From positions 69,376 to 133,375 of the forward strand of contig CAZSFP010000001.1 of NCBI GenBank assembly GCA_964606285.1: a DNA stretch of 64,000 nucleotides, read 5' to 3'. The stretch is from an uncultured Candidatus Saccharibacteria bacterium. GTDB taxonomy: Bacteria > Patescibacteriota > Minisyncoccia > Phycocordibacterales > UBA9973. The position numbers were made by a program, and so were the translations under genes. Below the pieces are notes generated by a model, which was not told where the DNA came from, ran no database searches, and saw only the letters and a program-made list of their open reading frames with translations. Positions within the stretch are counted from its first letter, which is position 1, and each line of letters starts with the position of its first letter. Shown in pieces: positions 47,169 through 55,687 of the stretch.

Positions 47169-48054
47169 TTTTAATTTTTCCGCCCAATGTTCGAAGTTCT
47201 TGGAGCGCGATTTTTACCTGATCTGCTTTTGGTGGATCACCCGCGACATCTTTTTTACCAAATGGATCACCGTGCCAACGAAAATCACCCTCTGCAAAAG
47301 AAACACCTTTGCCAGGAATCGTATGAGCGATGATGACTGTTGGTTTTTCAAATACTGTCCGCGCTTCACCAAATGCAGCATTGAGTGCTTCGAAATTGTG
47401 TCCATCAACTTCGATGACGTGCCAGTTGAATGCCCGCCATTTGTCAGCAAGTGGCTCGAGTGGCATAATGTCTTCGGTATAACCATCGATTTGGATGTTA
47501 TTCCGGTCAACGATAGCTGTGAGGTTGTGTAGTTTTTGCTTGCCGGCAAGGAGAATTGCTTCCCATGTATTCCCTTCATCATGCTCACCGTCAGACATCA
47601 GACAAAATATTTGCTTTTGAGTTGTGAGACCATTGTCTATCTTGTCAGCGATCGCCATGCCCACGGCTTGGGAGAGTCCTGAACCAAGAGGACCTGATGA
47701 TGTCTCGAGCCATGGCATATATTCGCGATGTGGATGACCTTGAAGTCGTGAACCAAATTTACGAAGTGTCTTGAGTTCCTCCATAGGAAAATAACCAGCA
47801 TGTGCCATTGTGGCATAGAGCACGGGACAAATATGACCATTCGAGAGAACGACACGATCTCGTTCTGACCAATCGGGTCGAGATGGATCATGACGGAGAA
47901 TGTGAAAATAGAGTAATGTAAAAATATCCGTCATACCGAGAGGTCCTGCAGTATGACCAGATCCGGCTTCAACCAACATATCAATGATCGATATGCGAAT
48001 ATCATTTGCTTTTTTTTGCAACGCTACAATTTTTTCATCCGAGAGAAATGACAT
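47155..48054 (-). CDS. transketolase, N-terminal (TPP-binding) subunit
   Basis: 299 aa; GSGHTAGPLGMTD, GHPH and ThDP motif GDG...EG. Confidence 0.85.
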   Translation of the reverse strand: MSFLSDEKIVALQKKANDIRISIIDMLVEAGSGHTAGPLGMTDIFTLLYFHILRHDPSRPDWSERDRVVLSNGHICPVLYATMAHAGYFPMEELKTLRKFGSRLQGHPHREYMPWLETSSGPLGSGLSQAVGMAIADKIDNGLTTQKQIFCLMSDGEHDEGNTWEAILLAGKQKLHNLTAIVDRNNIQIDGYTEDIMPLEPLADKWRAFNWHVIEVDGHNFEALNAAFGEARTVFEKPTVIIAHTIPGKGVSFAEGDFRWHGDPFGKKDVAGDPPKADQVKIALQELRTLGGKIKSEHQ

Positions 48055-48114
48055 GTGTATAGTATAACGTAGATAAAAATAAAAAAAACCTCCGGTGTGG
48101 AAGGTTTTTTAAAA

Positions 48115-48858
48115 TTATTGAAACGATTCAAATTCTTTAATCGCTTCACCGGGATCCATGGTGTTGTATATCGCTGAACCGATAACGAGACGGGTTGCAC
48201 CAGCGTTTATGAGTTCTTCTGCGGTATCGAAATTGACTCCCCCATCTACACTGATGTCGATATCCGGAAACATTTGGCGAAGGGTTTGGATCTGTTCAAG
48301 AACACGCTCATCAAATGGTTGCGCTTGATAGCCGATGGTTTCGATACCCATACATTGAACGAAATCAACATTGGAAATGATTGAAGAAAAATCTGAAACA
48401 GTATCTGTTGTTTCTATTGCGATGCCGATCTTTGTCTGTTCTCGGACATAGATATCGATCGCTTCGAGAAATTCAGCGAATTGTTCCCTGTCATCATCTT
48501 TTTTCAAATGAAAAACAATACTGGATGGTCCCATTTTCAAATAGGAATCAAAATGCTTCATACCATCAGCCACCATGAGATCAAATTCAAAGTTCATTTT
48601 CTCCCAATACGGCAAGCCTTCCTGTTCATCGAGAATCGCCTGCGCGTGTTGATCTATACCGAACAATCCATCATCGTCTTCATCTTCTGATGGTCCTTTC
48701 TTTTTTATTTTTGCATAAAATGGCCAGGTGATCGTATCTGAAAATGTCCCATCGCATATATCGATCTGTACCATGTCCACCGTACCCAAAACAGCTGAAA
48801 TCTTTTGTTTCAAATCTTCGTGTGTTTTTGGAAGTATTGCTGGAGTTATTTTTATCAT
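48115..48858 (-). CDS. rpe: ribulose-phosphate 3-epimerase (with an acidic insertion)
   Basis: 247 aa; QIDICDG..., VDGGVN..TAEEL..AGA..LV.GSAI; longer than the typical 220 aa because of an EDEDDDG insert. Confidence 0.75.
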   Translation of the reverse strand: MIKITPAILPKTHEDLKQKISAVLGTVDMVQIDICDGTFSDTITWPFYAKIKKKGPSEDEDDDGLFGIDQHAQAILDEQEGLPYWEKMNFEFDLMVADGMKHFDSYLKMGPSSIVFHLKKDDDREQFAEFLEAIDIYVREQTKIGIAIETTDTVSDFSSIISNVDFVQCMGIETIGYQAQPFDERVLEQIQTLRQMFPDIDISVDGGVNFDTAEELINAGATRLVIGSAIYNTMDPGEAIKEFESFQ

Positions 48859-48861
48859 ACA

Positions 48862-49299
48862 TTAAATCTTATAGAGTCTTCTGATATGCCGTTCTTCATG
48901 AGAAAATGCTGTCTCAAGAAATAGTTTGACTGCTTCTTTTGCTTCATCAATACCGACAAAGCGCGCACCGATCGAGAGAACGTTCGCATCATTGTGTTCG
49001 CGAGCAAGTTTTACTATTTCCAAATTGCCACCATAGTAGACCGCGGCACGGACATCAGGAAATTTGTCCGCAACCATGTCTTCACCCTGACCAGAACCAC
49101 CAAAGACGATCCCAACATTGTTTTCAGGGTCGTCTGACACTGCGCCCGCAGCTTTTTTGATAAAATCAGGATAATCATCGTTTTCATCATAGACAAAAGC
49201 ACCATGATCGAGAACGTCTCGTCCTTCATTGACCAAATATTTCATAATTTCATTTTTGAGCTCAAACCCTGCGTGATCTGTGGCTAGGTGAATTTTCAT
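48862..49299 (-). CDS. rpiB: ribose-5-phosphate isomerase B
   Basis: MKIHLATDHAGFELK....L; RpiB/LacAB family. Confidence 0.85.
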   Translation of the reverse strand: MKIHLATDHAGFELKNEIMKYLVNEGRDVLDHGAFVYDENDDYPDFIKKAAGAVSDDPENNVGIVFGGSGQGEDMVADKFPDVRAAVYYGGNLEIVKLAREHNDANVLSIGARFVGIDEAKEAVKLFLETAFSHEERHIRRLYKI

Positions 49300-49340
49300 G
49301 TACACAGTATATCAGAAATAATAATTCCTCGAAAATACAA

Positions 49341-49859
49341 TTATTTCTTACTAAAATGTCGGATTGTTTCAGCTATTTCATCAATGACATTGTCGATGCA
49401 GTCATAATTCCTTGCTTCAGTTTCATTAACCCACGCAAAATCCGTAAACGCATTTTCTTCGAGTTTTACATCGCCTTGGACATATTTTGCAGCAAAACGC
49501 ATAAGGGTAACTGGTACTTCATCTGGACGGACGAATACCATACTGCCGATATAGTGGAGCGATTCTTCGATCTCAATTCCCGCTTCTTCCATGACTTCAC
49601 GTTTCAATAGCTTTTCAATCATGTTTTCAAAATAAACGACACTTTCATTTTTACCATCCGCTCTGTCGAAAGCGAGATCTTTCCATTCGAGCTTTCCTCC
49701 AGGGACAGCGTATTTGCCGGGATGGACAACTTCCCGTTCATGGCGTTTCAATATGAGGCATCTGCCATCACTTTCGCGATACACGACAACGTTCGCCACA
49801 AAATAAAACAGTTTGTCACTTTTTGCTTTATCAAGACTAATTTTTGTTGGAGCTGGCAT
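49341..49859 (-). CDS. NUDIX hydrolase
   Basis: Nudix box GG.LE..E......REVMEEAGI. Confidence 0.8.
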   Translation of the reverse strand: MPAPTKISLDKAKSDKLFYFVANVVVYRESDGRCLILKRHEREVVHPGKYAVPGGKLEWKDLAFDRADGKNESVVYFENMIEKLLKREVMEEAGIEIEESLHYIGSMVFVRPDEVPVTLMRFAAKYVQGDVKLEENAFTDFAWVNETEARNYDCIDNVIDEIAETIRHFSKK

Positions 49860-50083
49860 ATAATTATTTTTGTAAAAATTCTTTTAAGGTAATCATTTTT
49901 AATACTGGATTACATGGTGCTTGAATACACATAACTTGTCTTTTATGAGGAATAATCGGCACGAACCATGAAATTAAGACGAGAACCAAAATAACTATAA
50001 ATACTATTTTAGAAGTAGACATATCTATAGTGTAGCAAGTGGTGTTTTCTATAGCAATGCAACTTAATAAGATTCATCATTCA

Positions 50084-50506
50084 CTAATCTTTCAAAAGAA
50101 GTTTAGCGTTTAATTCTTTCCCTGCCTTTAAAAATTCAATAGTAATATTTTTTGAGGAGGTTTTTAATTCTTCAAGTAATTTCTTTATACTTTCTTGTTT
50201 TTCTGGTACATATTTTTTCATACTAAAATGACGTATTTCTTCTGAAACGATATTTTCTACCCCTTGAAGTGAAGTCCATTTTTTCCCATTCCAAACTTTT
50301 ATTGTAATTTCGCCTGATATTGGAGTCAGAGTAGCATCGTGATAATAAACATCTTGAAGAACACTAATATTTATATCACCCATTTTAAAGTATCGTGGAT
50401 AATATTTTTTAGTTTCATATCCAAAGAAAATTCTAGATGATTTAAAATCAATTACTTCTTGATTTACAACTTCTTGTTTTATGTTTGGTTGTTTGGGGGT
50501 TTCCAT
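50084..50506 (-). CDS. hypothetical protein co-oriented downstream of gap
   Basis: 140 aa, AT-rich, 10 nt after the previous gene. Confidence 0.45.
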   Translation of the reverse strand: METPKQPNIKQEVVNQEVIDFKSSRIFFGYETKKYYPRYFKMGDINISVLQDVYYHDATLTPISGEITIKVWNGKKWTSLQGVENIVSEEIRHFSMKKYVPEKQESIKKLLEELKTSSKNITIEFLKAGKELNAKLLLKD

Positions 50507-50515
50507 ATTAAAATA

Positions 50516-50890
50516 TTATATCTCTGATAAAACCACGTTATATTTATTACCAACAGCATTTTGAATAATTTCTTGTGTTTCTTGCCATGAAATTTTAAGT
50601 GGTCCTAAATTAAGTGATTTTGAAGATCGGTCAATTATTATTTCATTTCCAAACAAATTCAAAACTGCACCACCCAGAGATTCAATTTTTTCTCCGCATT
50701 CATTTTCGAGATCAGCAAACATTTCTGGATGTTTTTTTTCGGGCATAGTAACAAAATGGAATTCATTTTTAGATTTGGCTATAACAAATTTTTGAGCACC
50801 GCCAAATTCTAAAATATCTTCTCCAAATGTAACAAGTGATTTACCAACTTGTATTTCAATATTCTTTTTCTCTTGCGATACTGTTTCCAT
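50516..50890 (-). CDS. hypothetical protein immediately downstream of gap
   Basis: 124 aa; starts 2 nt after the gap stop. Confidence 0.45.
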   Translation of the reverse strand: METVSQEKKNIEIQVGKSLVTFGEDILEFGGAQKFVIAKSKNEFHFVTMPEKKHPEMFADLENECGEKIESLGGAVLNLFGNEIIIDRSSKSLNLGPLKISWQETQEIIQNAVGNKYNVVLSEI

Positions 50891-50892
50891 AA

Positions 50893-51930
50893 TTAGATAG
50901 TTTTTCCTGTTTTAATCACATGCTCCACAAGCGTATGTGTATACCCCATTTCGTTGTCGTACCAACCCATCACTTTGACGAGATTACCGTCAACAACACG
51001 AGTGAGTGCGAGGTCAGCGATAGATGCATGACTGTTGCCGAGGATATCAGAAGAGACAAGAGGTTCTTCGGTGACGGCAAAGATATTTGCCCAACGAGCA
51101 TCTCCTGCAGCTTTTTTCAAAATCGCGTTTACTTCTTCTGCGTTTGTTGCACGCTTTGCGATGAACGTCACATCAACGATCGATCCAGCTGGAACTGGGA
51201 CGCGGATAGAAATACCGTCAAAAAGTCCTTCGAGAGATGGATAGGCTTTGGCGACAGCAATAGCTGCACCAGTAGAGCTCGGAACGATGTTCTGAGCAGC
51301 TGCACGACCTTCACGAAGGTCTTTCTTGCTCGGACCATCGACAAGGGCTTGTGATGCAGTGTAACCGTGCACAGTGTTGAGGATTGCTTTCTCGATACCG
51401 ATCGTTTCATCGAGAATCCCAATGAGTGGTGATGCAGCATTTGTCGTGCATGACGCATTTGATGTGATATCGCACGTGCCAAATTTTTCTTCGTTCACAC
51501 CGAGAAGAATCGTTTCGCCCATAAGAGAACCATCATCGGATTTCGCCGGTGCAGAAATAACAACTTTCTTTGCACCTTGATCGAGATGGAATTTTGCTTT
51601 TTCGTATGAAGTAAAGAGTCCTGTTGACTCGACAACAACATCGATACCGAGGTCCGCCCACGGAAGTTTTGTACTGTCCTTTTCTGAAACAAATTTTACA
51701 ACTTTTCCGTCAATGATGATCTTTCCATCTTCATGAGTGATTGCTTTTGGCCAGGTACGATAAACTGTATCGTATTTGAGAAGATATGCGAGCGATTCGA
51801 CAGAACCCAAATCATTGACTGCGACAATTTCGATATCATCCCGATCCCATGCGACCTTGAGAAATGCCCGACCGATACGTCCAAAACCATTGATTGCTAC
51901 TTTGATTTTTTTATTTCCAAATAATTTCAT
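50893..51930 (-). CDS. gap: glyceraldehyde-3-phosphate dehydrogenase
   Basis: 345 aa; INGFGRIGR Rossmann motif and the catalytic ASCTTN region. Confidence 0.9.
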   Translation of the reverse strand: MKLFGNKKIKVAINGFGRIGRAFLKVAWDRDDIEIVAVNDLGSVESLAYLLKYDTVYRTWPKAITHEDGKIIIDGKVVKFVSEKDSTKLPWADLGIDVVVESTGLFTSYEKAKFHLDQGAKKVVISAPAKSDDGSLMGETILLGVNEEKFGTCDITSNASCTTNAASPLIGILDETIGIEKAILNTVHGYTASQALVDGPSKKDLREGRAAAQNIVPSSTGAAIAVAKAYPSLEGLFDGISIRVPVPAGSIVDVTFIAKRATNAEEVNAILKKAAGDARWANIFAVTEEPLVSSDILGNSHASIADLALTRVVDGNLVKVMGWYDNEMGYTHTLVEHVIKTGKTI

Positions 51931-52043
51931 ATGAATCTAGTATATCAGATATATTGAAAAGAGAAATGAAAAACAAGAGTTATTTGACAGTGAATTCACA
52001 AAGTGATTAAATAGATAGCAAACGCACCTAAATATTTAGTCAT

Positions 52044-52379
52044 ATGGCTTACAAACTACCTGAAGTATCATTTCCTATTGATAATAAAATCAAGAAAGAA
52101 GATTTTACCGCTGTTGTTGGAAAAAATGAATATCTGTACATCAGAGGACTACGCGATGGAGAAGGTCTTACTGAAGCGAAAGTAAGAATAATCACATTTA
52201 TAGAAGATGCGAAAGACAAAGATCTCTATCGTGGAAGATTATTTATGCCCCACAGTTTTAATTTTGGCCCCGATGAATACAGGGTGTATGAATATAATTT
52301 CAAGGAAGAACAAGGGAAAGTATTCGAGCGCGGGAAAGTATACGAAGATATATTTGAAGTTGCACCGGAGCCATCATGA
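52044..52379 (+). CDS. hypothetical protein
   Basis: 111 aa, followed by a strong terminator. Confidence 0.45.
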   Translation: MAYKLPEVSFPIDNKIKKEDFTAVVGKNEYLYIRGLRDGEGLTEAKVRIITFIEDAKDKDLYRGRLFMPHSFNFGPDEYRVYEYNFKEEQGKVFERGKVYEDIFEVAPEPS

Positions 52380-52385
52380 AAAATA

Positions 52386-52426
52386 AAAATCCCCTCTGCA
52401 TATTTTGCAATATAAGGGGATTTTTT
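52386..52426 (+). terminator. rho-independent terminator
   Basis: AAAATCCCCT-CTGCATATTTTGCAATATA-AGGGGATTTTTT. Confidence 0.75.
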
Positions 52427-52441
52427 ATTTATATAAAAAAA

Positions 52442-52640
52442 ATACAACGCCCTGCATATACAAGGATATGAGGGCGTCGTTAGTGGTATGCGTTGTTTAG
52501 TCCTCTTGGATATAATTAATCCTATGGATCAAATAAGCATTCTCGAGACCGAAGTCAAACGCGAGACCGAAGTCAAACGGAATACTTGTCCATTAATTAT
52601 CTATGTATCTTTTTACGCCCTATTCGGACTCGCTTTCGCT
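52442..52640 (-). ncRNA. candidate roughly 200-nt non-coding RNA (unclassified)
   Basis: On the minus strand: extended -10 TGGTATAAT (plus coordinates 52643-52651); no ORF longer than 6 codons; GCGAAAGC hairpin; two tandem GAC-UUCG-GUC hairpins (plus-strand 17-nt direct repeat GAGACCGAAGTCAAACG x2 at 52545-52579); terminator ACGCCCT...AGGGCGT plus U8 at 52440-52481. Confidence 0.25.
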
Positions 52641-52761
52641 AACACACGGAAAATTATACCAATACCCTAAACACGATACGTCAAAGAACTCACTGTTTCT
52701 TTTTCAAGAAACCAATGCGTTCATATAGTACCGTATTTTCTTTAGATTAACAACTGAGTAT

Positions 52762-52799
52762 TACTCCCCTCCTTATCGAGGAGGGGTTGGGGGTGGTGG
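52762..52799 (+). repeat. GC-rich hairpin repeat, variant copy, abutting the DUF559 stop codon
   Basis: CTCCCCTCCTTATCGAGGAGGGGTTGGGGGTGGTGGT is related to 19203-19248 (same CTCC..CC-loop-GGAGG..G hairpin plus GGGGGNGGTGGTG tail). Confidence 0.6.
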
Positions 52800-53150
52800 T
52801 TAAAATTCACTTTGTATTTTTGATATAACACCATTCATATTTGTATTTATCTCAGTATTTGTAAATCGTAAAACTTTTATACCAAGTGAATTAAAATATT
52901 GCGTTCGTACAATATCATATTCTTGATCTTCTTCTGTATAATGCTGCGATCCATCTATTTCAATCACTAATTTTTTCTGAGTACAATAAAAATCTGCAAT
53001 GTATGTACCAATACTATGCTGTCTTCGAAATTTAAAACCGAGTTTTGAATTTTTTAATTGGTTCCATAATAAAATCTCTTGAGGGGTTGCATTATTTCTT
53101 AATGTTTTTCGATAAGAATGTAGTTGTGAAATATTATTAACTGTTTTCAT
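52800..53150 (-). CDS. DUF559 endonuclease-domain protein (Vsr-like restriction-endonuclease fold)
   Basis: 116 aa; LR...T..E..LW..L.....G.KFRRQ...G.YI.DF.C...KLVIEIDG..H.......D..R......LG..VLRF.N.E. is the DUF559 signature. Confidence 0.75.
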   Translation of the reverse strand: MKTVNNISQLHSYRKTLRNNATPQEILLWNQLKNSKLGFKFRRQHSIGTYIADFYCTQKKLVIEIDGSQHYTEEDQEYDIVRTQYFNSLGIKVLRFTNTEINTNMNGVISKIQSEF

Positions 53151-53199
53151 AAATCACCACCTCCCCCTATCGGGTACTCCTCCTCGACAAGGAGGAGAG
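53151..53199 (-). repeat. GC-rich hairpin repeat, inverted copy between the gatB stop and the DUF559 start
   Basis: Its reverse complement, AACTCTCCTCCTTGTCGAGGAGGAGTACCCGATAGGGGGAGGTGGTGA, matches 19203-19248 at all but 2 positions. On the minus strand it supplies GGAGG 10 nt upstream of the DUF559 ATG. Confidence 0.7.
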
Positions 53200-54612
53200 T
53201 TAATTCAATAATTCTTTCAAAAGTTTGATAACAACCTGAGGATTTGCGCTGCCATTTGTTTCTTTGATCGCTTTGCCGACGAGTGACATGATCGCATTTT
53301 CTTTTCCGGCTTTATATGTTGCTACGATGTCCGGATGTGTATCGATAAGTTTCTGGACGATATCCTTGAGTGCTCCTTCATCGTTTTTCTGAAAGAGATC
53401 TTTTTCTGTCGCAATCTTGAGTGGTGATTCATCATTTACCACGATAGTAGAAAGAATATCTTTTGCAGCGCGAGATGAGATCTTTTCTTCAGTCACCAAC
53501 GTTACAAGTTCAGCAAAATGTTCCGCTGATGGAAGTCTGATTTCTGGATTCTTTTTCTTGAGACCTATGTAATCAGAGGTAATATAATTTGAAGCAGTCG
53601 CGATTTTTTCTTTCACTTGCAAAATCTTGGCCACGTCTTCAAACCATGATGCCAAGAGTGCGTCATTGATATAACTTTCGATATCTTCGTCTTTGATTCC
53701 AAATGCTTCTTTGTAGCGAAGTCGCTTTTGTGATGGTAATTCAGGTAATCCTTGTCGCAAGGATTCGATATCAAACAATTTTGAAAGATAGAACTTTGGA
53801 ATATCTGGGTCTGGGAAATAGCGATAATCATGACTGTCTTCTTTTGACCGCTGTGAAAATGTTTTTTGTTTTCCTTCATCCCAACCACGCGTTTCCTGAA
53901 CGATTTCAGCACCACGACCTTCTTCGAGAAGCTTTGTCATCCGTTCTGTTTCGTATTTTGCGGCACGCATCATTGCAGAAAATGAGTTGATATTTTTCAC
54001 TTCAACTTTCGTACCCTTTTTTTCTGAATCTGGAGACACAGAGATATTGAGTTCAACACGCATCTCGCCTTTTTCCATGTTTGCTTCGGATACCCCAAGA
54101 TATTGCAACAAAAGCTGTAATTCACGTCCAAATTTCCCCGCATCTTCTGGGCTATGAATGACTGGCTCAGTCACCAATTCCATGAGTGGTACACCAGCGC
54201 GATTATAATCAACGAGTGAGAAATCTCCTTTATCATGCTTACTTGTTCCAGTGTCTTCTTCGAGATGGACACGAGTGATTTTCACGCCCGCAAGTTCCCC
54301 GCCAGACACGATGGGAAATTTATATTGTGAGATCTGATATCCTTTTGGAATATCCGGATAAAAATAGTTTTTGCGATCAAATTCGGTAAAGTCAGCAATA
54401 GTCGCACCAAGAGCAAGCCCTACCTTGATGACAGACTCGATCGCTGTCTTGTTTGGTACTGGCAGTGTTCCAGGATGTGCCATACACACCGGACAAATGT
54501 TTACATTGGGACGAATTTCATCTGGATCATTTTTGCAACCGCAAAACATCTTGCTTTCAGTAGCTAACTCAGCATGAATCTCTAATCCTATTGTAGTGTA
54601 ATATTGTTTCAT
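53200..54612 (-). CDS. gatB: aspartyl/glutamyl-tRNA amidotransferase subunit B
   Basis: 470 aa; N-terminus GLEIHAEL.T..K.FC.C and C-terminal YqeY-like tail. Confidence 0.9.
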   Translation of the reverse strand: MKQYYTTIGLEIHAELATESKMFCGCKNDPDEIRPNVNICPVCMAHPGTLPVPNKTAIESVIKVGLALGATIADFTEFDRKNYFYPDIPKGYQISQYKFPIVSGGELAGVKITRVHLEEDTGTSKHDKGDFSLVDYNRAGVPLMELVTEPVIHSPEDAGKFGRELQLLLQYLGVSEANMEKGEMRVELNISVSPDSEKKGTKVEVKNINSFSAMMRAAKYETERMTKLLEEGRGAEIVQETRGWDEGKQKTFSQRSKEDSHDYRYFPDPDIPKFYLSKLFDIESLRQGLPELPSQKRLRYKEAFGIKDEDIESYINDALLASWFEDVAKILQVKEKIATASNYITSDYIGLKKKNPEIRLPSAEHFAELVTLVTEEKISSRAAKDILSTIVVNDESPLKIATEKDLFQKNDEGALKDIVQKLIDTHPDIVATYKAGKENAIMSLVGKAIKETNGSANPQVVIKLLKELLN

Positions 54613-54695
54613 AATATTAAGCGTGCCTGCCCGTCCGTAGCTTTAGCGAAGGCGGGAATCTCAAGTCCGATAGTTGTGTAATACTCTTTTGCCAT
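54609..54695 (-). other. upstream ORF/relic: duplicated gatB 5' end (MAKEYYTTIGLEI...) overlapping the gatB start
   Basis: 28-codon ORF whose first 13 aa mirror gatB MKQYYTTIGLEI with synonymous nucleotide differences. Its TGA overlaps the gatB ATG (ATATTATGA). Confidence 0.4.
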
Positions 54696-54709
54696 ATGAG
54701 AAGTATATG

Positions 54710-55681
54710 TTATTTCTTTAAAATTTTCACCAATTCATCAGACAAAGATTTGATTGATGTATCGTCATAGAGTGAGAGGGTCAAAACTATTTTCTTTGTC
54801 TTTTTTTCAAATTCTTTCACTGCTTTCGCAATTGTTTTTTCATCAACGAGGTCAGTTTTGGTCAAAATAATAACTTCATCTTTTTCTCCAAGTCCTTTGC
54901 CGTATTGTTCCAATTCTTTTCTAATACCAAGATATGCATCCATCATGTCAGGATTTTCAAATGAGACGAGATGCGCGATGATTTTTGTTCGCGTAATATG
55001 TTTCAAAAATTTTGTTCCGAGGCCACGTCCTTCTGATGCTCCTTCGATAAGTCCAGGAATATCAGCGATGATATAACCATAGAGATCACCAAGGTGTGGT
55101 TCAAGTGTTGTGAATTGATAACTGCCAATTTTTGATTTTGCATTGGTGACACCATTGAGCAATGATGATTTGCCGGCATTTGGAAGTCCAACAAGTCCGA
55201 TATCAGCAAAGAGCGACAAGACGATACTGAATTGCGCGCTATCACCCGCCTTACCTTTCGTCGCTTTTTCGGGTGCAACATTTGTCGAGCTTTTGAAATG
55301 TTCGTTACCGAGACCGCCTTGACCACCACGAAGAATCATCTGTGTTTCGCCTTCTTTCAAAAGTTCGATCTGCATGCCTGTCGTTTCGTTCGTAACAAGT
55401 GATCCCACAGGCAAATCAATGGTGAGATCTTCACCTTTTTTACCATGCTTATTGTTTCCCTCACCTGGTGCACCGTCACCTGCGATAAACTCTCTTTTGT
55501 GTTTGTATTTTGCAAGAATTTCAACGTCACGAACAGCTCGAACATAGACGTCACCGCCGTAGCCGCCATCACCACCATTTGGTCCACCTTTGTCGATAAA
55601 TTTCTCTTGGCGCCAACGAACAACCCCATCGCCACCGCGACCGGACTGCACTTGTATTTTTAATTCATCAATGAGTGCCAT
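54710..55681 (-). CDS. obg: GTPase Obg (short form without a C-terminal extension)
   Basis: 323 aa; Gly-rich Obg fold (GGDGGYGGDV) and G-domain GLPNAGKSSL, DIPGLIEGA, TKTD. Confidence 0.85.
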   Translation of the reverse strand: MALIDELKIQVQSGRGGDGVVRWRQEKFIDKGGPNGGDGGYGGDVYVRAVRDVEILAKYKHKREFIAGDGAPGEGNNKHGKKGEDLTIDLPVGSLVTNETTGMQIELLKEGETQMILRGGQGGLGNEHFKSSTNVAPEKATKGKAGDSAQFSIVLSLFADIGLVGLPNAGKSSLLNGVTNAKSKIGSYQFTTLEPHLGDLYGYIIADIPGLIEGASEGRGLGTKFLKHITRTKIIAHLVSFENPDMMDAYLGIRKELEQYGKGLGEKDEVIILTKTDLVDEKTIAKAVKEFEKKTKKIVLTLSLYDDTSIKSLSDELVKILKK

Positions 55682-55687
55682 AAATAA

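Noticed and set aside
52488-52670. 60-aa plus-strand ORF (MRCLVLLD...TEVKRETEVKR...)
   Set aside because: It only translates the tandem 17-nt repeat and terminator-rich non-coding region. It has no RBS and low-complexity content; the region is better explained as a structured RNA.
52440-52800. Possibility that the minus-strand structured region is tmRNA or RNase P RNA
   Set aside because: No tRNA-like T-arm or CCA end and no tag-peptide ORF ending in ALAA (rules out tmRNA). Only a short P4-like stretch (AGUCCG..AUAGGGCG) without the complementary P4 strand or adequate length (rules out RNase P). Left as an unclassified ncRNA candidate.
54640-54670. tRNA-like T-arm suspicion at GGGAATCTCAAGTCCGA
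   Set aside because: No acceptor, D or anticodon arms can be built around it. The sequence is explained by the duplicated gatB 5' end read on the minus strand.
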